Assembly: GCF_000143415.4 (NCBI RefSeq)
Contig: NW_003314308.1
Coordinates: 310,001-374,000 of the forward strand
Direction: 5' to 3'
DNA: 64,000 nucleotides
Source: Selaginella moellendorffii
Taxonomy: Eukaryota > Plantae > Lycopodiophyta
Shown here: positions 12,401-23,760 of the stretch, one piece after another
Numbering within the stretch: position 1 is the first letter of the stretch
Layout: each line of letters begins with the position of its first letter
Program-made: the position numbers and the translations under genes
The notes under the pieces: model-generated
The model's input: the letters and a program-made list of their open reading frames with translations, nothing else
Told to the model about the DNA's origin: nothing
The model's database searches: none

Positions 12401-15400
12401 TCCCCACACTTGGCAGTGCACCCATGCCAGCCCTTACGGCCAAGGGTCCATAGCAACTGAGATTAGGTGTCCCTATCTCACTCACCACGTCCTTGGTGCC
12501 ACTTGCACCAAATGTTCAAGTTAGATATGTCGAGCTTTCACACTAAGCAATTTAACTGTGCATCACCACTCCAAGGCATCCCTCGCTTGGTGGTGTGCCC
12601 AAACCAGTCTCTTCACTGAGAGTCCATGACCACCGAAAAATGAGTGTCCTCATATTCCAAACCATCACCATGCCCTAGTGATTTGGGACTCGAACCCAAG
12701 CACTAGAAGGTCGGGACTCCAACCCAACCTTCGTATATGCATCTACGGATGGCATCGCCTAGGATGCCTGGCATGACTCCCCACGCCGGTGCACCAACTT
12801 ATACTTAAAGAGCGTTATAGATCACAACTTAGGAACCTAGTTCCTCCGCACTGCCAAGCCCTTTCACTTGACATGTCTGTGATCATGCATGGACTCCTCC
12901 ATGCTTGGCCCCATGGCCACCCTTTTTGAAGGCAGCACCTTCAAGTAGGGTATTTATTCCCCTGACTTGTTAATCTCATCTAGCAAGTCATCTGGCCACC
13001 GTAACATGGTTCATGCATAAGCGTGAAAGTCCTTAACCATCGATTTTCATCAAAGCCCTCTCTTTGAACACTCGGGAACTACTTCCCCAACCTTGATGCC
13101 CTCGCCTCATGGCAAGCTTCAAAACCACGCTTCTGCTGCGCCACTCCAATTTCGCGCGCTCTAAGAACCTTTTACACTTGCCTTTCTAGGTACTTATCTA
13201 CCTAGAATTGTCTTCAGGAACCTTCAAGGAACTTTGTTCCTTAGCTTGCTAAGGCTTATCTTTTTTTGCAAGCTCCCTAATCACCATATGGTTTAATTTG
13301 GATAATTCCACATTTTAAACTCTCCATGGCATCGCGTTCGTTAATAACAACCCGCTCGAGCACCCACTTGATTCTCCACTCCCAACTCGTATAACCACCC
13401 TTGGTTATGCCCTTTGATTTCTATGGTTCGGTTCCATCCCTTTACTACTTTGCTTTTTGGCCTCATATATTTCCTTCAGTTATTCTCCTCTAGACTAGGA
13501 GGATAGCTTGGCACTTTCTACTATTCCTTAGCAAGTATTCATAAGGATGAACGTACCTGATAGCTTAGGGAGTAGTTCCTCAATCCAGGTATGCTCACCT
13601 TGTAATCCCATACACCAGGATTACATTGCTACTCATGGGCCTTTATATGCCCATCATTAGCCTTGCCAAAATCCCTTTTTGGCTTTGTCAAATTCGGGTA
13701 GAGAGATTTTTCCCGTCTCTGCAATCTTAGACATTTGGATAGCACCTTCTATCTATCATTTGCTAGGGACTTTGTCCCTTGGGCCTTATTCATTGCCCTC
13801 ATGACACAAACACCATCTCTTGGTGTTCTAGAGTGCTTAGGTGTCCTAATGATGACCTTTTTGACAATGAGCATTCCTTTTACGACATTGATTTACTATA
13901 TCGTAACATAAGCAATTTATCCCCCATAAGGGTATATCCAACTTCTTTATCCCAATAAAAATCTTAGGTAGTTATCTTCTACCAAATTAACCAATTATTT
14001 TGCACCTTTTGCTTAGTTACCTCATAGTTGTCAAGTCCTACAACACATTGCTAGTGCTTCCACACTTCCATCATTATTTGGGTCACCACACTCTAATCAC
14101 CTGCCTTCTAGCTTAGGCTAAATGTGGCAAGGCGTGTTTCTTTGAGGTTAAGTTGGCGAGTTTATGAAAAACCCTTCCAAATGAATCTAATGGAAATGGG
14201 AATGGCATAGGTGTTTCCACACCATCGGCTCCACAAACCTACCTCTATGACACTTCTTACTTGTGTCTAGGTTTTTGCCAAGACGAATATAATGGTCTCT
14301 TATGCCAACTATCCATTAGCATTACACTATAAGATTTATGCACAACTTTGTGTCAAAGTTGTTTTCTTCGAGAAACTCTTTCCCACGATTTTAGCATGGC
14401 ATATTCTGCCATCAATGAGATACCCATTATTCTCATGCTTGGATCTTAATATCCTCCCCATTCCTCGTGGGGTACAACACACTTTAGTCCAAATACTTCC
14501 ATCAATCCCTTAGGATTATTCCTCGACTCTACTTGAGTCATCCCGCTTTTTGGACTTTGCTAATCAAACGACCGTGTGGTCCTACTTTTGAGGTGCTAGC
14601 TCACTGAAATACAACTTCATGTATTCATGTCCTACTCACAAGGACCGTCTTTGCAAGTGTTACTCTAACACTTGATTTTGTTATCTGGGGCCAACTTTTG
14701 CCCCTTATGACTACTTGTTTATGTGATGAGAATATCAACTCATCCTCTAAGTGCACCCCCAACTCCTTGGGTTGTTCCTGCATTTATTAAAGATAGCCCC
14801 GCTACCATTTCAAGGACTTGTGTCCTCTTCCGTATTTGACATCTCGTGGTCATTACTTCTAGTCTCACATTCATGAGCACCAACCTCAACTATATGAGGA
14901 TAATCTTGTCACTCCTTTATTGCTTTGGAGTCTTTATCTTTCCCGTGATCCTAACTGTAGTTGTTTACCACAACTACATTAGCTGGTTTTCTAAGTCAAA
15001 CGCTCATCTAGATCCCATCCTCAACTCTCTGAGGAAACCTTTATACTGTTCCCAAGATCCCATAGTCGTTCCATTATTGCCCCTTTTATGTCCACTACAT
15101 CACCCCAAGTTCACATATGAACTTGAGTGGAGAGCTATGTCCTCTCGACATGCTACTCCTCAAGGATAGGCCCACTCCTAAGACCTTCTGATGCCAACAT
15201 CAATAGTGATATACTTGAGCACCAATAAAAGTCGAACTAAGGAACAGCTCCGATACCAAGTTGTAAGCAACTAATTTTTCTATTCTACTTTAGTCACTTA
15301 ACCATACCTCCGACCACTTGGAGGAGTCTCATTCACAACCTCCATAAGTCCAATTTAGGACTTGGGGCTTGCTTGCCCCGAAAATGGCATCCATGCCACT

Positions 15401-16920
15401 CAACCTTTGCACTTGGTCCAAGTGCTCCACGTGTCCGATCCCATGATCGACACCCCAAGGTACCACCAACATGTCAGCCTGTTATGTTAGGCCATGCCCA
15501 TTCACATTGGTCACATCGGTGGTCCAACACCACATGCATTGCAATCCCGTCTTTCCAAGATGGGGCCATCCGTCCATGTGTGGTCATCTCATATTCACTC
15601 CTTAGCATCCTTAGAATGCCCGCAGACATGGGGAATAGCCTTCCCCAATATCTTCTTTCTGGTCCTCACCAAGTCCTTTTCTGTCCATGGCCGTGCTCAC
15701 CAACACGGCCATTGGATCAAGGCCCACAGGCTTGACCACTAAGTCCCATGGTCCTCTAGGACTTCCTCACCGTGTGACTGGGTCCTTGTTCACCACACCA
15801 GAGGGCTACTCCTCTTCCTTTCCACAGTCTGGGACTTTGGGACAACATTTCGGAACACCGTGGCCTTACGCGGGCCTCATAGGTACTCTCCCCGCCTTCC
15901 GCCTTTGGGTGCTCTAGCCACGGGCTTAGAGCGAGGTTTCATTGAGCCACGCCAGGTATCCAAGTAGGTAGTGCCACCCACACTTGGACTGGGAGCATCG
16001 GCCATTCAATCTCCCGGGGGAACTAAAGCCGGCTCTTGAACACTTCACCAAGTTACCCCGCTTGTTAGTCTGTATTCACTCTAGTTTTGAACTTCCTAGT
16101 GGTTATCCCATCACCCAACACCTGGGTACAGCCTTCTTGGGACAAACTGGCCTTTCCTGGCCAAACTGGCTCGAGTCCTCCCCCTTACTATACTTTTGGA
16201 GCTCACCAACCCCCCAAGGTCTGGGAGACGAACGCTTTGGGCTTTCACCCTCTCAGACTCAAACTCGGACTTGGACTCGGACTCAGACTCGGACTCAGAC
16301 TCAGACTCAGACTTGGACTCGAGCTCGGTCTCGGCCTCAGCCTCGGTCTCGGTCTCAATCCCGATCTCGGTCTCGGTCTCGGTCTCGGTCCCGGTCTCGG
16401 TCTTGACCTCGGACTCCATCTTGGGTCCTTCTCGAACTCCATCTCGGATTCCATCTCAGTCCATCTCGGACTCCATCTCGAACTCCATCTCGGTCCATCT
16501 CGGACTCCATCTCAAACTCCATCTCGGACTCCATCTTGGGTCCATCTCGGACTCCAACTCAAGTCCATCTCGGGTCCATCTCGGACTCCATCTCGGGTCC
16601 ATCTCGGGTCCATCTCGAACTCCATCTCGGACTCCATCTTGATTCCATCTTGAACTCCATCTCGAGTCCATCTTGGGTCCATCTCGGACTCATCCACATG
16701 TCACGTGGTGGTCTTTTTGGGTCCCTTTTTGGAGCCTCGCTTATTGCTCGCTTCATACTCGTTCCTCGAGCCCTTCATTGGGAGTTCCACTCCCACTCTC
16801 GACCTTTCAAGTCGGAGCTTTTGGTCCAAATGTGTTACACTCGTTTGGCTTTCGCTTCGGCCACTACCACGTGGCACCCTTCCGGCTCCACTTTGGGGCC
16901 TAGGGATTTTGTGTCTCACA
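9450..16920 (-). mobile_element. LTR element B2 (non-autonomous, ~4.0-kb internal region without intact ORFs)
   Basis: LTRs at 9450-11220 and 15262-16920; minus-strand PBS at ~15247-15258; purine tract next to 11221. Perfect TSD CCCTC (9445-9449 / 16921-16925). Confidence 0.92.
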
Positions 16921-16925
16921 CCCTC

Positions 16926-18330
16926 CCACATGTTTTTGATGAGCTTGTTGTTCTGGCATCTGTGGATTTTTTAGACAAGGATTCTGTGCTGTCGGCAGTT
17001 GTTGTACTCGACGTTCAGTGTCTGTAAGGTGCAGAGCAGGATCTACCTTCTCTTGATGAGGTTCACGAAGCTCAAAAACTTGAGCCATGGATACGAAGGC
17101 TTTGAGATGGGTTTGAGAATTCTACATCCCTTGCTGATGACTTGCCATTTTGGCATTTACATTCTCAGTATCGCTTTGAAGATGGCCTTATTTATTTTGT
17201 GGGGACAGATCCTAATGATCATTTACGGATGGTGGTGCCTTCTGTCTTTATTCTGAGGTTTTTCCATTCCTACCACAATTCTCCTATTCTAGGTGGGCAT
17301 ATAGGACATCATCGTGTATCATAGAAGCTACGTAGGTCTTTTTATTGGCCAGAGATACGACATGATATTATCAAGTATGTGGATAGTTGTGTTTGGTGCC
17401 AAGGTCGTAATACTCCCTCTCGTGCTGCAGAAGGACAGTTGGAGTCAATTGTAATTTCCCGTCCGTTTGAGTTGGTGGCATTTGATCTTATGAGACTTTT
17501 TCCACGGTTGATTGCTAGCAATGAGTATGTTATTATTGCTTCTAACTACTTGACTCGTTGGGTGGAAATTGGTGTTCTTGCTAGCGCCTCTACAACTGCT
17601 ATTGGATACTTCCTCCTCAATCGACTGGTGTTCCAGCATTCTTGTCCAGAGCGGATTCTTTCAGATAATAGTCCCGCATTTATGGTTGAGGCATTTCATG
17701 TTTTGACGTCTCAGTTGGGGATACACCACACTTTCACGAGTGCTTATCATCCACAATTAGACAGTCTAGTGGAATGGCTTGTTCGGACATTCAAACGAAT
17801 GATTGCAAAGTATGTGAACTTTCAACATTCAGATTGGGATGGTTATTTGCCGTCTCTTCGGTATGCATATGTCACATGGGTGCAGAGTTCTGTTGATGCT
17901 TCACCATATAAATTCCTATATAGTCATGATCTAATATTACCAACGGACATGGGTTTACCTTCGCAATTGCCACGAGCTGCTGATACTAAGTTATAGGATC
18001 AGTATTTGACAAGAATTCTTCCACTTGTCCGAGCAAAATTTGCCAAACACTTAGGCGACGTACAAGTGGGACAATAATGGCGTTACAACTCCCATCATTG
18101 TCCACTTGCAAAATACAAAGTGGATGAGTTGGTGTTAGTCCATTTTCCCCATCTTACAGTACGTGGGTTATCTAAGGGGCTCCTTGCGCAGTGGAAAGGA
18201 CCGTATCAGGTGTTGCGGCAAGTTGGACCACAAGTTTATGAAGTTCGGCATGACATCTAGCAAGTTGATCCTCCAGAGATTGTGCATGTGCAGCAGTTGA
18301 AACACTTCATACAAAGGGATCATAAACAAT
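16926..18330 (+). pseudogene. pol: Ty3/gypsy integrase region of host element A
   Basis: HHCC zinc finger HSYHNSPILGGHIG...YWPEIRHDIIKYVDSCVWCQ; core RPFELVAFD...ILSDNSPAF...AYHPQLDSLVE; GPY/F motif WKGPYQV (~18190-18212); several in-frame stops. Confidence 0.92.
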
Positions 18331-18439
18331 TAATACCACCTACAGATCTGCCAATGCCTCCTCTTAATGTTCCTTCAGATTCAGGCCCATTTATAAGAGA
18401 ACCCTGATGGTCTTCCATTATTCCGAAAGGAGGGGATGA

Positions 18440-18615
18440 TGTGAGGGCCAAATGTATGGCTACGATGTCATATACTAATATTAGTATAGTGGGATTTTGC
18501 TAACCATCAGATTGGTTTCAATCCGGACCACTTGTTTCTATATATAAGCTAGGGTTTTTGGGCTAATTAAGAGGCACATTTTCTGTATTCCCTTTCTATA
18601 TTCCAATCACTTACA
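18440..18615 (+). repeat. Probable short 3' LTR of host element A
   Basis: Directly after the PPT; TGTGAG...CTTACA ends; internal TATATAA at ~18541. The partner LTR is not in the window. Confidence 0.6.
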
Positions 18616-20789
18616 TATATACTTTTTTGGAGGGTCTAACTATTACTAATGATAATATTATTATTAACTTTAAATTTTGATAATTCAAGAAACAAAAATT
18701 ATAAGCTATAGTTTTATTAAATAAGATAATTGAATATTTATTTTCAAATTTTCTATAGTATATATAGTTCTTATTTTATAAATGCAAACAAGAATGAATT
18801 TGAAAATTTTATTACTATATTAATCTATATTAATAATTAATATATGACTTCACAAAGCAAAAATGAATAGAAAAAAAAATTTAAAAACACAGAAATAAAT
18901 TAAATTTTTACTATTTAACTAATTTAATTTAATTATAATGTGAAATTTGTTATTTAAATATTTTCTAATATGGGATAATAATAATTCCTTATCTATGTAA
19001 ATGTTTAGGCTGTTGCCTTCTGTATAAGATGTGTATTGTTTTTTATGTTAAAATTAAAATTAAAATTAAAATTAAAATCGCTCCATGAAATACAATTATA
19101 CTTTAAATTTTCAAAAAATGTGGGAGTTGCATTTTTTTCCAAATATATGTCTATATCTTCTGTATGATAGGCAATTTATTTTCTAGCTAAGTAACATACT
19201 CAAATAAATTCCTTCTAAGATATTCAGAGGCAACTAGAACTCATTAAAATTACCCAACTCAAAGGTAATAGCAATTCACTTTGTATTTATTGCTTCTTTA
19301 CCATGATAGTGGTTATGGCAACACTACTGAGATCATAGTGCAACAATAGCAAGATGAACTTAATTGCATTGCCCATGACATGAAAGACCTTGGAGATCCC
19401 CACATATGGATAGGCTTGACTAGAAGGACAAGAAAAATCCAATTGCTTTAATGCTTAAACCATTAGCACTGGACCACCAACCACAAGAAAGATAATTATT
19501 GATTTGGTTGATGTGAGAAACTCTTTATGACAGCTTAGCTTTAGGATGGATCCATGAATGCTTGGTATATTATAACCACCAATCAGTGTTTAACTCTTTA
19601 AATTAAATATGACTTGGCCATCTATCTTTGCATCTGAGCCTTAAGCTAAGAATCTTTGATTCAATCCTAACTAAACTAAATCTTAGCCGGACATTGCTAA
19701 ATTTATAGTATGCCATAATATCTTTTCATTTATAGAAATTATTTAACACCCCCTTTTTCTTAATTTAAAGAAGCAAGACAATAGTTTTGTAATTCAGCTG
19801 TTTAGCAAGTGGCTAACCATCTGCAAAAATATGGAAGTTGGAAGGTGCACAACCAGATATATTCACATAGCCAATTAAAAAGGAAAGGAAAGGGGTAGAG
19901 TAGAAGAGTCCTTTTATCAAATATGATCACTTATTGCAAAATTTTGATTAATTTCTTTTGTGATTTAATTAAATATAATATGTTCAATTAATAAACGTTT
20001 GAGATAATTTTATTTAAAAAACTAACCTTTTAATGCAAATTAAAACCATTAGAATATTTTAAATTATATTAAAATCCTATTTAATAATAATCAACTCTTT
20101 TGAAGGAAGAGATGAGTGACAGGCTTAAGCTGGTGGAAGAAGATTCTTACTGAAACTCAGAGCGAAGAACGCTTGGATCACATACACATTATGCCATTCT
20201 TACTCAAGGGCCATGGGGGCCGGATCGCTGTCACGATCCCCCGCAAAAGAATTCGCCACTCTTTGGAGTATAGCAGTGAGAGAACAGTTTGGAGTTTGTT
20301 CGCTACAAGGATTTGCTGCTGGAGCCTCCGGCCGAGATGACCATGAAGCTCTACCTCGAGTTCTTCCCAAATTTTAACACCGCCCAGCGATGGTACACCA
20401 TGCCACAGATCCAAAATTCAGCGCCGACCTTTGTGGAAACCGTGGCCCAAGCTGATCTGGTCCTCCCACGCCCTGGAAGGCATTGTGGTGAGAGCTCTTC
20501 AGTTATGTGGAATCAACATCGTTCCAGTGGGTTCTCTCCATCTAAACATCTCCACCGGGAACGATCCAGACGATCCAAACTAGGTAATTCCATGGCTGGA
20601 CAAACAGGAGTCTCGATCGGTTCTCTACATTATTAACCGGACTTGAGGGCGTACCGCGCGGTACCGCCGAATTTCTTCGGCACTAGCTCGAGCTGCTCCG
20701 GGCGTACCACCCATAGAAAAGCGATGTTCTTAGTAGATTCCAGAGCCAGCTGCTGGGACTGGAGCGATGGTTCCAAAACGCAGGTGGCA

Positions 20790-21060
20790 TGAATACCGCG
20801 GGCTGCTAACCGACTGGGCACACCCTTGGGCACCGTGCCGTGCGGCATTGTGGATGGAATTCGATCTTGGAGAGCGTCAGTGTTGGCAATCCTGTGATGT
20901 CGATGCCGCGAATCCGTGCTTGACGAGGATCTTGGACGAGGAGTGGGGGATTTCGGTAAGATTGGGTAAACACCGAGCAAGGCCAATTTGGAGGCTGCGC
21001 TCATGTTTAAAAGGTGGGATGAGCTTGGAAAGAAAGCCAGCGATCTTGGAGAACTCATGG
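20790..21060 (+). pseudogene. UDP-glycosyltransferase fragment (PSPG box)
   Basis: Frameshifted GLLTDWA...HCGWNSILESVSVGNPVMSMP...RILDEEWGISVRL matches the family-1 UGT PSPG consensus. Confidence 0.75.
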
Positions 21061-21127
21061 AAGAAGGAGGATCTTCTCGATCCGGCATCGATTAGTCAAA
21101 GGTACGCTAGTTCAAAGTGTAATCCAG

Positions 21128-21350
21128 TGACCTTCGTCAGCTTCCTGTGCTCTTGTGCAGCCATGGGGCTATAGAGATGTTCGCGTCGATGCAAGGGGAT
21201 CACGGCGTGGATCCAATCGCGGAGCACTACGGCTGCGTGGTGCGGTGTGGGCATCTGCTGAGGCGCTCGTGATTGCCATGGAGCCCAGTGTCGAGCAGTG
21301 AACGAGCTTGCTCAATGCGTGCACACTCCACTTGGATCCAGCGCAAGTCA
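21128..21350 (+). pseudogene. PLS-class PPR C-terminal fragment (copy 1)
   Basis: VTFVSFL...MFASMQGDHGVDPIAEHYGCVV...AEALVIAMEPSVEQ*TSLLNACTLH, with frameshifts. Confidence 0.7.
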
Positions 21351-22345
21351 CCTAAAGTGTGTCATAGGATAAGGGGGCGATGGCTGTAGCTTCATCAAAG
21401 CCGTGCCCGAATATCGCATGGAAGAGTTCGATCGTGTCGCCCGGCAGCCCGGGATCTGCTGGCGCAAGATCATAGTCAGCGTTCTTTTAATTAGAGCTCC
21501 AAGAGCTCCAAAGATCATCCACACAGGTAACCTTAGCAAGGCGGCAGCTTTGGATGGATCAGGTGAGCCTAAGGCATGGCTGAGTTCGTGGCGAGCATGA
21601 CGACGTTCAAGAACAGGGTGAACTCGAGCTTCAAGCCCAGGACGAGGCCACCTCGAGCTCGATCACTCGAGAGCCATTCAGTAAATGGATTGCTCCGAGA
21701 CGCTCGAGTGCGAACTTAAGGAGCTCGAGAGGCGATCTCGAGGACATGAGTAGCGAGGTCCTAGGTAGAGTGAGGTGCCTGGGAGTGCCGATTCTCGGTC
21801 ACCGAGGCGGCGTCTCGAGCTCGAGAGAACAAGTTGAGGAACTGGAGATCCATACGAGGGAGGAACTCTAACTCAGCGACGACCTTGTAGCAATTTGGCA
21901 CTCAAGAGGAGGAGAAAGCAATTTGGTGCTGCATCGACCTGACAACTATCACATATGGCATGAGAGATTCTTCGCCAGACAATGTTTGCGCTATAAACTG
22001 GTCCTCTCCAGACGTTTGAGAGCGTACATCTGCCTGTTTTGTGATTGCCTCACAAACACCTCACAAATCAATCGGCACGGAAAACCAAGCCCAGCGGCTT
22101 TGAAAATCCTAGGAACTGATGCTAGGAGTGCGGCTGGAGCGGACAACTCTTTGGTTACGTCAGTAGCTACAAAAGGCTGCCAAGAAAACCATCGTGAAAA
22201 AATTAAAATGGTGCAGCTGGAATAGCCTAGACAAACAAAAGCACTCTAGACTAGCATCACCAAATGGTGTTGTAGTTATCTGTCTGAACAAGTCCACCTA
22301 ACTAGACCTAGCCATCAACTGCAGCAGTGACCATTTCTCACTTTA

Positions 22346-22920
22346 CACGTGAGTCATACGTCGAAGCATCTTGCAAAAATCTTGCTTTCGACATCCGGAT
22401 CTGGAAAATGGGAAGCAGATATTTGCAAGATGCATCGATAGTTTGTATATGGAACCGGTGCTGCCTTCTATTCAGCTTTGGTTTGACATGGTGCCATGAT
22501 TTGTCCTTAAATGAAGGTGATTTTCCTGAAGGAGCTGTGAGCTAGAGTGATTTTCATATTGTGACAGCAATGCTCTAACGCACACCAAGAAGATCACTCT
22601 AGCTCACAATGACTCCTTCAAGAAAATCACCTTCATCGCACGGACAAATCATGGCATCATGTCAAGCTGGATCGAAGGTATCACTTGTTTAATATGCAAA
22701 CTATCATGCAGCTTGTGTTTGTAGCCGATAAAGACTGCTGCGTCGCTACTATTTTTCTACATGAACTCATGTATATGTCATAGGATGGTGATTTTTGTCT
22801 TCTGTCCAGCTGGTTGAATTATTGCTATTTGGTTCTTGTTTCGCTTTCAGTCCGGAAATCAGCAAGAGAAACGTGGGATCCGGCATATCTCAATTGTTCG
22901 AATCTTTGCGAGTATATAAC
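22346..22920 (+). promoter_or_regulatory. Putative BBI promoter elements
   Basis: Overlapping G-box/GCN4-like CACGTGAGTCA (22346-22356), T/G-box AACGTG (~22870), and TATATAA (22913-22919) ~45 bp before the ATG; all are kept in copy 2. Confidence 0.5.
22426..22715. repeat. ~290-bp imperfect inverted repeat (foldback), copy 1
   Basis: Arms ~125 bp, e.g. TTGACATGGTGCCATGATTTGTCC / GGACAAATCATGGCATCATGTCAA and TGTGAGCTAGAGTGAT / ATCACTCTAGCTCACA; loop ~40 nt. Confidence 0.85.
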
Positions 22921-22960
22921 CAAGTGCGCTTGCCTCTCCAAAAGCATCCTCTGTTTCGCT

Positions 22961-23335
22961 ATGGCTCAGTCTATCAAGTTTGCTCCTCTCATTGCGCTGC
23001 TCCTTTGCATTGCTGTCACTGCTGAAGTGCTTGATCTTCCAGGCGAGTTTTTCTTTGTCGATGGAGCAGCCAGCCGACCGTCTGGATGCAGGCCCAACTC
23101 GCAGTGCTGCCCAAACAGCAAATTCTGTCCCAAGGGCAAATACTGCACCGTTTGCACGAAGAGCTATCCGCCTTCGTGCTTTTGCACGAAGGCCCCTCCA
23201 AACTGCGGAGTAGGCAGTAGCTGCTGCAGTGACGGGGACTGCCCAAAGGGAAGAGAATGCAGCGTATGCACTAGATCGATCCCACCTATTTGTCGCTGTG
23301 GCGCTAAGCGTAAGCTCGTTCTTGTTTCCGAATGA
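22961..23335 (+). CDS. BBI: Secreted double-headed Bowman-Birk protease inhibitor, copy 1 (124 aa)
   Basis: Signal peptide MAQSIKFAPLIALLLCIAVTA; two 8-Cys repeats, each with a canonical CTxSxPPxC loop (CTKSYPPSC, CTRSIPPIC); intronless; upstream TATA. Confidence 0.92.
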   Translation: MAQSIKFAPLIALLLCIAVTAEVLDLPGEFFFVDGAASRPSGCRPNSQCCPNSKFCPKGKYCTVCTKSYPPSCFCTKAPPNCGVGSSCCSDGDCPKGRECSVCTRSIPPICRCGAKRKLVLVSE

Positions 23336-23760
23336 AGCACGCTATCAAGTGTGTGATGGTCAACCCTGTTGACTGTGTAATAAAAGATCTTCCATAATGA
23401 TAATGTGTGGCTATGTTTATAGATGTCAATGGAGCAGGTTATAGATTTTGAGCTTCGGATAGATTGCTTTCTGCTAGTTTTCTCTCTGTCGACCTTTGGA
23501 AGGGATGGAACAAAGGGTTGAGCTCTTAAAGTTAACACAGTCAATCATTGTCAATAAATGGCTTGAAAGTTGGACTACTATTCTAGGAAACACTCTTCAA
23601 AATGCTTCCAAGACTTCCCATTTCCAAGGCTTCCCATTGGTTGGATACCAGATCATTCCATGGGTTGATCCATGTTTCTTTTCAATTGCACTTTGTTTGC
23701 TCATATCTTATATCTTACTTGTATATGGATGCTCTCAACAAACAATCTGAATGGTTTAAA

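Larger units (their letters stand above)
1..18615 (+). mobile_element. Host Ty3/gypsy LTR retrotransposon ('A'), degenerate, interrupted by elements B1 and B2; 5' LTR lies upstream of the window
   Basis: Order is gag remnant (50-942, continuing at 9343-9384), integrase remnant (~16926-18330), polypurine tract GAAAGGAGGGGA (~18425-18436), then a short LTR-like segment TGTGAG...CTTACA (18440-18615). Confidence 0.8.

Noticed and set aside
18616-20100. AT-rich tract with (AAATT)n at ~19050-19078
   Set aside because: No supportable termini or coding signal.
21923-22225. 100-aa ORF identical in both duplicated copies
   Set aside because: Non-ATG start and no recognisable motif; identity simply reflects the recent duplication.
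22814-22960. 173-aa version of the BBI ORF (also 35995)
   Set aside because: Starts at a non-ATG codon upstream of the TATA box; the two copies differ there; the signal peptide starts at 22961 / 36142.
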